Origin: Eledone cirrhosa
Lineage: Eukaryota
DNA length: 64,000 bases
Assembly: GCA_964016885.1 (NCBI GenBank)
Contig: OZ024743.1
Span: forward strand, 93,930,001 to 93,994,000
Direction: 5' to 3'
In this document: positions 1 to 9,769 of the stretch, piece after piece
Layout: the number at the start of each line of letters is the position of its first letter
Numbering within the stretch: position 1 is the first letter of the stretch
Translations under genes and position numbers: made by a program
The notes under the pieces: model-generated
The model's input: the letters and a program-made list of their open reading frames with translations, nothing else
Database searches by the model: none
What the model was told of the DNA's origin: nothing

Positions 1-1059
1 GTCGGCGTCCATCAGGGCTCTGTTCTCAGTCCACTACTATTTATTATTGCCCTTCAGGCTATAACAGAGGAGTTCAAGACAGGCTGCCCATGGGAACTCC
101 TATACGCAGACGACCTGACACTCATAGCGGAATCAATGGCCGAGCTAGAGAAGAAATTCCAAACATGGAAGCACGGCCTAGAGTCAAAAGGACTTAAAAT
201 TAACCTGGCTAAGACCAAAGTACTAGTTTGTAGGAAAGAAAACAAGGCGGCGGTCCCTTCGGGGAAATGGTCGTGCTCGGTGTGTAGGAAAGGCGTAGGT
301 AGAAACTCCATTTTATGTCCTAAATGCAAAGTATGGGTGCATAAAAGATGTAGTGGGATCACAGGTAAGCTAACTAAGAACATAGATTTTACATGTGGCC
401 GGTGCTCTGGTGCAATAAGTAGCAGCAAGTGCCCACAAACTACTAGCTCTTTCAATTGCGCAGAGGGTTCTATAGAAATAGTGGACAGCTTCCGTTACCT
501 GGGCGATAAAATCAGCAGTGGGGGAGGGTGCTCTGAAAGTACTGTAGCTAGAGTCAGAACTGGTTGGAAAAAGTTCAGAGAGCTTATACCACTATTAGCT
601 GCTAAAGGGTTCTCACTAAAAATGAAAGGCAGGTTGTACGATGCCTGCATACGAACAGCAATGCTGCATGGCAGTGAGACCTGGGCATTGTGTGCAGAGG
701 ATATACGCAGACTAGAGAGGAACGAAGCTTGCATGCTCCGCTGGATGTGTAACAGTAATATACGTGAACGGCAAAGCATAAACGAACTAAGGAATAAATT
801 AGAGATAAGAGGGATCAGATGTTGTTTACTCGAGAGAAGGCTACGTTGGTATGGACACGTGATGCGCATGAAAGTCGATAGCTGTATAACAAAGTGCAGG
901 GCAATAAAGATAGACGGTAGTCACGGAATAGGCAGACCTAGAAAAACCTGGGACGAGCTGATAAACTCCGACATCACACACTTACACCTCTCCAAGACAA
1001 TGTCACTGGACCGAGACCTTTGGCGGTACTCAGTAACAGAGAAGACCCGCCTTACCTAA
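1..1059 (+). CDS. LINE reverse transcriptase ORF (5'-partial) with embedded C4HC3 zinc finger
   Basis: Uninterrupted frame of 352 codons plus stop, containing QGSVLSP and YADD motifs upstream of the ORF-track ATG at 136. Confidence 0.9.
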   Translation, partial: VGVHQGSVLSPLLFIIALQAITEEFKTGCPWELLYADDLTLIAESMAELEKKFQTWKHGLESKGLKINLAKTKVLVCRKENKAAVPSGKWSCSVCRKGVGRNSILCPKCKVWVHKRCSGITGKLTKNIDFTCGRCSGAISSSKCPQTTSSFNCAEGSIEIVDSFRYLGDKISSGGGCSESTVARVRTGWKKFRELIPLLAAKGFSLKMKGRLYDACIRTAMLHGSETWALCAEDIRRLERNEACMLRWMCNSNIRERQSINELRNKLEIRGIRCCLLERRLRWYGHVMRMKVDSCITKCRAIKIDGSHGIGRPRKTWDELINSDITHLHLSKTMSLDRDLWRYSVTEKTRLT

Positions 1060-1455
1060 ATATATAGTAAAACCTACTCCAGCCAGTAGGCATCTCTAAC
1101 AAAATACACCCCGTCCCACCACCCCCACCCCCACCCGATCCACACCACCCCGTTCTATGTAAAGTTATGTTGGTGCCGCGCCATCGAGGCCGAAACAAAT
1201 GAGATCGTGTAGGTGTCACGACAAAAAACACACAGTCCACGCTGTAATGTGGCCGTGTAGGCAACACGGTAAAAACCTCCCAGACCCACACTGTAAATGT
1301 GGTTGGTGTTAGGAAGGGCATCCAACTGTAGAAAACCTGCCAGACAGTCCTATGCGAGCAAGACAATCACTCTTGCCTCAAGTGGGACTACCCCCGTCCA
1401 AACCCATGCAAGCGTGGAACACGGACGTTAAACGTTGATGATGATGATGATGATG
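1..1455 (+). mobile_element. RTE-clade non-LTR retrotransposon (LINE), 3' part: RT C-terminal half, 3' UTR and (GAT)n tail; antisense within a LIG4 intron
   Basis: Frame 1 is open from base 1 to the stop at 1059: VGVHQGSVLSPLLF...LLYADDL (RT motifs), GLKINLAKTK, FRYLG, RRLRWYGHVMRM, GRPRKTW, DRDLWR. A 3' UTR follows and ends in (GAT)n at ~1437-1455. Confidence 0.93.
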
Positions 1456-1482
1456 AAAGCCTACATCTGTAGAAGTTCTTAC

Positions 1483-1589
1483 TTTCGAGAGAAGTATCTA
1501 TACTCAATGCCATCTTTGTGAAGCTGCATCCTTTCACCATCAAATTTAGTTTCAATCAAATAGGGTTTCCCCGACATCACTTCAGAAAT
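1483..1589 (-). CDS. LIG4: DNA ligase IV, coding exon 6 (adenylation motif I); gene continues beyond the left edge
   Basis: Translates [35 protein letters not shown] (KxDG catalytic lysine, residue ~275 of the spliced product). Acceptor ttttcttgtAG, donor GTAAGA; 107 nt. Confidence 0.93.
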
Positions 1590-2141
1590 CTACAAGAAAA
1601 TACCAATATTATACAAACACACACATTATTGACATCGTTTAACATCCATTTTCTATGCTAGAATGAGTATATATATATATATTGTCAACTACAGGGTGCC
1701 CCAAAGTTAGCTAAAGTGTATTTAAATGTCATTATCATGTTATGTTTATTGGTAATGTGACTGGGTAATTTTCTTAATGTTAAAAATAGATACAAATCTG
1801 AACAAATAAAACATAAATACATCTACCTATCTACATACCTACCTACCTCTCTCTTTCTATATATATATATATATACATTATATTATTTATTTATTTATGT
1901 TCATACACAGAACAAAAGCTCTAACCAAGATTTCAAGGCCCAATATTGACCACACCTCCAGAATACAATAGGGATCAAAAGTGTGATCTTTCTTCAGGCG
2001 CTTATACGAGTTGAACACTGTTTTCTTTTTTCCTTTTTCATACCTATGGATAATGCTACATATATATATATATAAAAACAAACATAGAAACAACAAACAC
2101 ATCAGTTTATGAAGGAATTGTAAGTTTGTGGGTGAAGTTAC

Positions 2142-2246
2142 CTTGTTTGGGTGAGCAGTTTCTCCTAACATTGGTGAAAATGGTGAAAACAAACAGATAG
2201 CAATCTCATGGAATCTGATGTTAGGATCACATAGTTGAAGACACAC
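2142..2246 (-). CDS. LIG4: DNA ligase IV, coding exon 5
   Basis: VCLQLCDPNIRFHEIAICLFSPFSPMLGETAHPNK; acceptor ttttaaAG, donor AAG|GTAACT; 105 nt, phase 0. Confidence 0.9.
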
Positions 2247-2302
2247 CTTTAAAATATGATAAAAGACAAATATGCTAGGATCAGATAGTTAAAGACAGAC
2301 TT

Positions 2303-2985
2303 TTAACCCTTTAGTTACCAACCTGGGCAAAACCGGCTCTGGTTTTCTATGTAATAAAGTCATCCATTTTAAAGACTCCCAATTTAAATTAAAACAACCT
2401 AGAAAAATTAACAATTTTCCATGCCCCTCCCCCCTATTCCAACTCCCCCATTTATTTCACACACCCCTTCACTTATTCCATCTAATCTAATCTGGCCGCG
2501 TTTACACTCGCAAGTAAGAAGAACTAGGGCCGCCCCTAGGGGCATTGAATTTGGTGTACTTCATATTTGTTTTGGTTGCTGAATACAATCAGGAGTTGCT
2601 GCTTCTCCTGAAGGTCAATAGTTCTCGTCTAACTCGAGTGGGAGTGCCTTTCCATTGTCAATTTGCATTGATCATCTGCAAAGCCGCATTGTTCTCAGAA
2701 CCACTACACCAGTCTTTCGATACATGCAGCTGGAACTACTGCCACCCATTGATTTGGCAGGATCACAACTGATTTCTACAGCTGAGTAAACTGGAGCAAC
2801 GTGAAATAAAGTGTCTTGCTAAAGGACATAACACATCACCCGGTCCAAGAATCGAACTCACAACCTTTCGATTGCAAAAGCCATGTGCTTTCACTTATCC
2901 CAACCCCCTCTATTATTTGTGCCCTGAGAGTAACAATGGTTTTATGGTTGTCAGATTTAAATAGCTTAAATACTAAAGCATAAAA
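2303..2985. mobile_element. Possible degenerate piggyBac-like non-autonomous element enclosing a SINE
   Basis: Starts TTAA-CCCTTTAG; only a decayed inverse end (...aatactaaagcataa) near 2965-2982. Confidence 0.3.
2700..2890 (-). mobile_element. tRNA-derived SINE
   Basis: Reverse complement gives B-box-like GAGTTCGATTCT followed by TGTCCTTTAGCAAGACACTTTATTTCAC, the same core as the + strand copy at ~5385-5410. Confidence 0.7.
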
Positions 2986-3033
2986 TATAATAACATTTAA
3001 TTTATATTAACAACCGACAAAAATTCTACTGAC

Positions 3034-3339
3034 CTTTTCAAGATTATTGTTCACATTAAACATCTCTTCAGCATCAGGATGAAAGATTCCAAATATAGAA
3101 GCCTGACTTAAACCAATTTTTAATTCTTTCATAACCATGCGGATCAGCCATTTCTGTTCAATTGCAGATGTGTTACGCAAAAGGTAAAGCATTCTTTCAT
3201 GTACAACCTCTTTTTTCTTGCTGGTATTGGAGACTGCAATATCATCCAGGCATTTGTTTACATGTGAAACACTCAGGCTACCATCTTTGGGACAGCGATT
3301 CTTCAGCACATAGTAAGCTATATCAGCAAAGTCATTGTT
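3034..3339 (-). CDS. LIG4: DNA ligase IV, coding exon 4 (DNA-binding domain)
   Basis: [16 protein letters not shown]...[45 protein letters not shown]; acceptor ttacttgccAG, donor AAG|GTCAGT; 306 nt. Confidence 0.95.
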
Positions 3340-3390
3340 CTGGCAAGTAATGTTAAAGTTTTATGAATATTTTCTGATCAATAAATCGAA

Positions 3391-3745
3391 CATCACAATC
3401 ATCATCATCGCCATCACCACTACCACCATCATCATTATCATCACCATCATTATCATCATCACAATCACCATCATCATCATGATCACCATCACCACCATCA
3501 TCATCATCACCATCACCGTTTAACGTCCATTTTTCCATGCTAGTATGGGTTAGACAAGTTGTCCCATTATGAGTCAAGTCAGGTCATATGACCGTGTTTT
3601 GTTCACACAGAACTGTTTCTGGTTTGGTTTCTATGGCTGGATCATCATCATTATCATCGTTTAACGTCTATCTTCCACGCTAGCATGGGTTTGCCCTTCC
3701 TAACACCAACCACATTTACAGTGTGGACTGGGTGTTTTTTTCACA
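3391..3745 (-). mobile_element. LINE-3'-end/SINE-like element(s) with expanded (GAT/GGT)n tail, seen as (CAT/CAC)n at 3391-3517
   Basis: Reverse complement of the 3'-end motifs seen at 1290-1455 (GCATGGAAAAATGGACGTTAAACG-(GAT)n; GGTTGGTGTTAGGAAGGGCA). A second tail is nested at ~3641-3690. Confidence 0.75.
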
Positions 3746-3749
3746 TCAC

Positions 3750-3998
3750 CATGATATGACAAAAAGTACCCAGTCTACCCTGCTAGGTGGTCATTTTTGT
3801 GCCATGATAAAAAGCACCCCCGTTCATACTGTAACATGATTGGTGTCAGGAAGGGCATCCAGCTGTAGAAACCAAGCCAAAATACAGATCTGTATGAGCA
3901 TGATGTGGTCTCCAGACCTGGCTTGTCTCATAAAGTGACAACCTGTTTAACCTATGCAAGCATGGAAAATGGATGTTGAATGATAATGATGATGATGA
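3750..3998 (+). mobile_element. LINE-3'-end/SINE-like element
   Basis: TTGGTGTCAGGAAGGGCATCCAGCTGTAGAAACC...GCATGGAAAATGGATGTTGAATGAT-(GAT)n. Confidence 0.75.
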
Positions 3999-4249
3999 AG
4001 ATCATACAAATTTGGTATATTTAAATCAATCCTTCAAAATGGTTTCATGTTAGTTTACACTCCATAGTTTAGTCAGAGGCTGAGGATGTGGAAAGGTTAA
4101 ACTACTAACAATAAAATTTATAGTTATAATAATTACACATCATATAGTAAAGTCAGTAGTCGTATGACTGTGGCTAGTAGGTGGACACTGACTGTGGCAA
4201 GTAGTTAAGAAAATTGCTGGGGGGAAATTTATGATGAAAATCTACTTAC

Positions 4250-4351
4250 AGAACCAGATTCCTTTTTTGTATTATAATTCAGAAGTTTAGAAGCATCTGG
4301 ACTATTCTTTCCAAGACATAACACACTAATCAGAAGTTTTGCAAATGTATG
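4250..4351 (-). CDS. LIG4: DNA ligase IV, coding exon 3
   Basis: HTFAKLLISVLCLGKNSPDASKLLNYNTKKESGS; acceptor tctcttacttgcAG, donor GTAAGT; 102 nt. Not in the ORF track. Confidence 0.9.
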
Positions 4352-4724
4352 CTGCAAGTAAGAGAAAATATAAAAGATTGTAATTAAGTTATTAATGCAA
4401 TTGTTTTCAGGTATGGCGCATGTAAAATATTAAGTCTGGAAAAAACATATATGAAGGAATGTATATATATGAATATATAAACCTATAACTTCTGGTGGAG
4501 TTGTAGGGGTATTGTAGTGTCATACAGCATTTCTTGGGATTTTTTTAAACCTGGCAGAACCCACTCCATTTCCAGGTCTAAACATGGCCTATTTCCTCTT
4601 GAGAAGGAGCTGAACATGGCCTATTTGAGAGAGAGAGAGAATCAATCCCAATTCTGGATTACTACTTTATTTATCGAGAGAGATTGTGAGAGAGAAGTGA
4701 GAAAGAGATATAGAGGAAGAAACA

Positions 4725-4878
4725 ACCAGGTATTAGACTTATACTTTTTTATCAACCTCGAAAGGAAGAAAGGCAAAGTTGACCTCAGTGGGATTTGAAC
4801 TCGGAGTGCAGAGAGCTGGTACAAATACCACAAAGCATTCTATCTGAAGTTCTAATGACTCTGCCAATTCACCACCTG
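4725..4878 (-). mobile_element. SINE (second family)
   Basis: TTTTATCAACC...GAAAGGCAAAGTTGACCTCAGTGGGATTTGAACTC, a reversed B-box core that recurs at ~5720, ~6545, ~7615 and ~18460. Confidence 0.7.
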
Positions 4879-5305
4879 TACCTGAAGCAATATTACAGTT
4901 CAAAGCAATGGGTAGTTATTGATAATTTATTATAGAAATTAGAATAATTATATGGAATGCTTAAGATTGTTGTGATAATTAGTATTTTTATGTTATGAGA
5001 ATTCATGTATCTGAGGGAGAATATATCTCAGAGTTTGAAGGATTTCTTATCCTAACTAGCATGCTTTTAAATCTTTAGCTGACAGAAAAGTCAGATGAAA
5101 GTGAGATGAAAAGACAGTATTTTTATGGTAATTTTTGTGGGAGAGTAAATATTGTTAGATGTAATTCTGTGGCTTTGTCTGGTGAATTAACTGACTTTGA
5201 CTTGTTTAAGACATGCACCAGTTGAACAATGTATAAGGCACAGTTGGAAGGATATTTTAATCACATGACACCCAAGTTTTATCGGGACAACATTTACACT
5301 GTGAA

Positions 5306-5560
5306 GGCGTGTGGTCTGGTGGTAAGGGCGTTGGACTTATGATCCTCATGTCGTGGGTTTGATTCCTGAACTGGGTTATGTGTTCTGTTCTTGAGCAAAA
5401 CACTTCATTTTACGAATATGATTACTAGCAGTAGCTGGGGGTTTAACCCTGCAAGAGACTTGCATCCTGATCAAGTGGGAGTCTTGAACTCTTAGTCACT
5501 TAACACCATGGAAATCGAGATAAGCACCGGCCTGATGAGCCTTTGGGCTTAAGACATTTT
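5306..5560 (+). mobile_element. tRNA-derived SINE
   Basis: A-box-like TGGTCTGGTGG, B-box-like GGTTTGATTCC, then TGTTCTTGAGCAAAACACTTCATTT core. Confidence 0.72.
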
Positions 5561-5609
5561 AGCCATTCAAAATAAACACTCAATTTTGTTTTAGTAGTTG
5601 TAGTATTAG

Positions 5610-5616
<7 letters not shown>

Positions 5617-5656
<40 letters not shown>
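5617..5656. repeat. (GA)n microsatellite
   Basis: About 20 GA units. Confidence 0.95.
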
Positions 5657-5660
<4 letters not shown>

Positions 5661-5674
5661 TCATAGTATAATAA

Positions 5675-5805
5675 TTGTTTCTACTTTTGGCACAAGGCCA
5701 GCAATTATCCCAGTGTATTACTGGTACTTTATTTTATCAACCCCATAAGGATGAAAGGCAAAGTTAACCTCGGCAGGATATGAACTCAGACCATAAAGGG
5801 TTGTA
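5675..5805 (-). mobile_element. SINE (second family), partial
   Basis: CTGGTACTTTATTTTATCAACCCC...GAAAGGCAAAGTTAACCTCGGCAGGATATGAACTCAG. Confidence 0.7.
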
Positions 5806-5904
5806 AGCTCATAGTATAATAATGTGCTAAAGATGGAAAATTTTCATGAGTGTCACTGATACCGCTGCCTCTTTGTTACCACAATAACTGATTGAATGCA
5901 GCAT

Positions 5905-6220
5905 ATCTTCTTCTTTGCCCACTTATTCCTGAGAGGGGTGTGGGGACAAAGTCCAGAAACATTCCTTCCAGCAGAACCTGTCAGAAACAACCATCTACAA
6001 CTGATCTAGCTGAATCCCCAAGCGAGGCCAGCCAAGCTCATGGATTTTATGCAACCATCTTGCTCAGGGTCTACCCCTGCGTCTCTTGCCGGTTGGTTTT
6101 GCCAGTAAAATTTGTCCAGCGATTCTTTCATGAGACATTGAGACATTCTAACCACATGCCCATAGTATTGGAGCTGTAATCTCTTAATTCAGAGAAGTAG
6201 CAGCTCTTGAGTGACTCACT
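5905..6220 (-). mobile_element. Decayed RTE LINE 3' fragment
   Basis: Minus-strand translation LQLQYYGHVVRM...ERIAGQILLAKPTGKRRRGRP*ARWL; nucleotide similarity to 20480-20630. Confidence 0.8.
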
Positions 6221-6504
6221 GATCTTCGATATAAAATTCAATCATAGGTAGAAGGCACCAATTGTTTAGCCTCATGTAAACGATGAGCAAGTAAACTTAT
6301 GATGAAAAGTAATTCACTTTTGACCAACATGTCAAGCCAATAGGATGTGTTTTGGGGGAGATTTTACTTCTATTTTACAGTTTAGGTGTCTGAGTAGAAG
6401 CTCTCTTGTTAACTGGAGATGCATCTAAAATTGGTAAATAATTGATAAATAAAAATATTTACTAGAAGAAAGCATTACAGTGCAGATAACGAGTTCTGAT
6501 TTTG

Positions 6505-6690
6505 TGGGAGGGAAAAGTCGATTAAATCGACCCCAACGCATTACTGGTACTTTATTTTATTGACCCTGTAAGGATGAAAAGTAAAGCTAACCTCAAGAGG
6601 ATTTGAACTCAGAATGTAAAGAACCTTAACTATATGTCACAAAGCATGTTGTCCAACGCTCTACTGATACTGCTAATCCACCGCCCCTTA
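6505..6690 (-). mobile_element. SINE (second family)
   Basis: GTCGATTAAATCGACCCC...CTGGTACTTTATTTTATTGACC...ATTTGAACTCAGAATGTAAAG. Confidence 0.7.
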
Positions 6691-6773
6691 CAGTGCAGAT
6701 AATAAAAAGGATTCAGTTTTGAAATTTTCCACAACAATGTCAAAGAAAAAAGAAGTGTATAAAGAATTAATAC

Positions 6774-6851
6774 CTCTTTGATTCCATATGCAACACGCTC
6801 GTTTTCCAGATGAGGGAGTAAAAGCCGCATTGCTGGGTAAAAAGAATCATT
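6774..6851 (-). CDS. LIG4: DNA ligase IV, coding exon 2
   Basis: [26 protein letters not shown], matching the conserved LIG4 segment [12 protein letters not shown]...AYGIKE; acceptor ttatttcAG, donor GAG|GTATTA; 78 nt. Confidence 0.95.
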
Positions 6852-6932
6852 CTGAAATAAACAATATATAACACCTTAGAGTTACAACAAATCAAGGTTG
6901 AAGGATGTCAGCCAACACCACCACCATGTACG

Positions 6933-7556
6933 TGAGTGTGAGTGTATATATGTGTGTGTCTGTGTGTGTACAGATATATGTGTCTGTGTGTGTACAGATA
7001 TATGTGTCTATGTGTGTACAAATGTGTGTATATGTCAGTAGGCACCTCTTAACCAAAATACACCCCCGTCCCATTAACCCTACCTCCACCGCCATCTACA
7101 CCACCCCTTTCGATGTAAAGCTATGTTGGTACCACAACATCCAGTCCTAAATAAATGAGGTCGTGTAGGTGTCACGACAAAAAAACACACAGTCCACGCT
7201 GTAATGTGGCCGTGTAGGTAACACGGTAAAAACCTCCCAGTCCACACTGTAAATGTGGTTGGTGTTAGGAAGGGCATCCAGCCGTAGAAAACCCGCCAGA
7301 CAGTCCTGAGCAAGACAACCAATCTTGCCTCAAGTGGGACAATTCCCGTACAGACACATGCTAGCGTGGAAAATGGATGTCAAACAATGATGATGATGAT
7401 GGTGATGTGTATAGCTGTGTGTGTGTATGTGTGTACAGATATATGTGTCTGTGTGTGTACAGATATATGTGTGTGTGTACAGATATATGTGTCTATGTGT
7501 GTACAAATGTGTGTATATGTGTATAGCTGTGTGTGTGTATGGGTGTACAGATGTAT
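6933..7556. repeat. Compound (TG/TA) micro/minisatellite (GTGTGTACAGATATATGTGTCT-like units), split by a LINE 3' UTR insertion
   Basis: Units on both sides of the insertion at ~6933-7035 and ~7406-7556. Confidence 0.85.
7036..7406 (+). mobile_element. 5'-truncated copy of the RTE 3' UTR
   Basis: Colinear similarity to 1084-1455 (CAGTAGGCA...CGTGTAGGTGTCACGACAAAAAACACACAGTCCACGCTGTAATGTGGCCG...(GAT)n). Confidence 0.9.
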
Positions 7557-7589
7557 AAGTTGGTTGATTAGACAGAGTCATTAGACCTT

Positions 7590-7695
7590 TCGATATTTGT
7601 TCTGGATCTGCACGTTCTGGGTTCAAATCCTGCCAAGATTTACTTTGCTTTCCATCCTTAAGGGGTAGATAAAGAAAGTACCAACCCAATACCAG
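7590..7695 (+). mobile_element. SINE (second family), partial
   Basis: GTTCTGGGTTCAAATCCTGCC...TTTGCTTTCCATCCTT...AAAGTACCA. Confidence 0.6.
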
Positions 7696-7949
7696 CTGTT
7701 ACATCCTCAATGTTCCTCTGGATGAAGGGGGAGGGAGGAGTAAGAAGATGTTCTACTATTTGGTATTTCTTTATACAACTGTTTTCCTCCATATACATCA
7801 CATACTCAATCCAGTGCAGTGTTCTATCTTGCATATTACATCATTTAAATTTATTAAATATATCAAAAACCATACTTTCCACTCCAATGACCTTTTGCAA
7901 AATAAACCAAAATATAAATACAAAAAAAAATTCTTTTTTTTCAAGTGAA

Positions 7950-9298
7950 CATGGTAAAATTACAAACCCCACCACCACCACAATGGTAAAATTACAAACC
8001 CCACCACCACCACCACCATGGTAAACTTACAAACACCACCACCACCACCTTGGTAAAATTACAAACACCACCAGCACCACAATGGTCAAATTATAAACAC
8101 TACCACCACCACAATGGTAAAATTACAAACACTACCACCACCACAATGGTAAAATTACAAACACTACCACCACCACAATGGTAAAATTACAAACACTACC
8201 ACCACCACAATGGTAAAATTACAAACACTACCACCACCACAATGGTAAAATTACAAACACTACCACCACCACAATGGTAAAATTACAAACACTACCACCA
8301 CCACAATGGTAAAATTACAAACACTACCACCACCACAATGGTAAAATTACAAACACTACCACCACCACAATGGTAAAATTACAAACACTACCACCACCAC
8401 AATGGTAAAATTATAAACACTACCACCACCGCAATGGTAAAATTACAAACACTACCACCACCACAATGGTAAAATTACAAACACTACCACCACCACATTG
8501 GTAAAATTATGAACACTACCACCACCACAATGGTAAAATTACAAACACTACCACCACCACAATGGTAAAATTACAAACACTACCACCACCACAATGGTAA
8601 AATTACAAACACTACCACCACCACAATGGTAAAATTACAAACACTACCACCACCGCAATGGTAAAATTACAAACACTACCACCACCACAATGGTAAAATT
8701 ACAAACACTACCACCACCACAATGGTAAAATTACAAACACTACCACCACCGCAATGGTAAAATTACAAACACTACCACCACCACAATGGTAAAATTACAA
8801 ACACTACCACCACCACAATGGTAAAATTACAAACACTACCACCACCACAATGGTAAAATTACAAACACTACCACCACCACAATGGTAAAATTACAAACAC
8901 TACCAGCACCACAATGGTAAAATTATAAACACTACCACCACCGCAATGGTAAAATTACAAACACTACCACCACCACAATGGTAAAATTACAAACACTACC
9001 ACCACCACATTGGTAAAATTATGAACACTACCACCACCACAATGGTAAAATTACAAACACTACCACCACCACAATGGTAAAATTACAAACACTACCACCA
9101 CCACAATGGTAAAATTATGAACACTACCACCACCATGGTAAAATCTAAACAGCACCACCATGGTAAAATGACAAACACTACCACCACCACCACTACCATG
9201 GTAAAATCCAAACACCATCACCACCACCATGGTAAAATGACAAACACTACCACCACCACCACTACCATGGTAAAATTACAAACACTACCACCACCAAT
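7950..9298. repeat. 32-bp minisatellite (ACAATGGTAAAATTACAAACACTACCACCACC)n, ~42 copies, in the first coding intron of LIG4
   Basis: Period 32 read directly (unit starts at 8111 and 8143); homogeneous centre, degenerate ends. Confidence 0.97.
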
Positions 9299-9353
9299 GA
9301 CAAAGTCAATAATAATATGGTTCAGTGAAAGGTAACTAAATAAAAAAACTCAC

Positions 9354-9542
9354 TGTTTTCTTGTCTTTATGCAGTTTCTCATGTTCCTGTCGCCATCGTT
9401 CAAGAAATAGCTTCAAAATTTGCCTTTTTTTCTCAGTTCCTTGACTTCTCTTAATTTTCTCCAGTAGACCTGTTAATTCTCCAAAATGGACTTTATCAGA
9501 AACTTTAGTTTCAACAGGTAAGCCTGACTGGGCAACATCCAT
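9354..9542 (-). CDS. LIG4: DNA ligase IV, coding exon 1 (start codon); the exon probably extends to 9558
   Basis: MDVAQSGLPVETKVSDKVHFGELTGLLEKIKRS...FLERWRQEHEKLHKDKKT; donor GTGAGT; 189 nt, in phase with exon 2. Pyrimidine tract plus CAG acceptor lies 16 nt upstream of the ATG. Confidence 0.9.
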
Positions 9543-9769
9543 AGTAATATATTGTAATCTGGGTACAGAAAGAAATAGAGATTATTATCAACATTACATT
9601 CACTAACGATTTGTTTTCTCTCTCCCAATACCCCCCCCCCCCCTCACTTCAATTCCGTCTGTCTCAACTATCATAATTGTGCATCCTTTCACCTGTTCAT
9701 TTTATCATTGCTCTCTCTCATCTATTCACCTTCTTAGTCTTGTTGCTTTGACTGACTGCAGATAAATTA

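Noticed and set aside
54-1366. Minus-strand ORFs 54-455, 495-869 and 1052-1366
   Set aside because: Antisense shadows of the LINE ORF and its UTR.
1691-1720. Tc1/mariner end TACAGGGTGCCCCAAA
   Set aside because: No matching opposite terminus found.
3335-3577. Poly-Ile/Thr and poly-Asp ORFs
   Set aside because: Translations of the (CAT)n retroelement tail.
5306-5380. tRNA gene
   Set aside because: Degenerate A/B boxes run into a SINE body, and no clean cloverleaf was seen.
6945-7525. Large target-site duplication around the LINE UTR insertion
   Set aside because: The similar flanks are units of a pre-existing compound repeat that continues past 7520.
7950-9298. Common origin of the 32-bp minisatellite and the 35-bp satellite
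   Set aside because: Only short low-complexity matches (CATTGT..GGT); not convincing.
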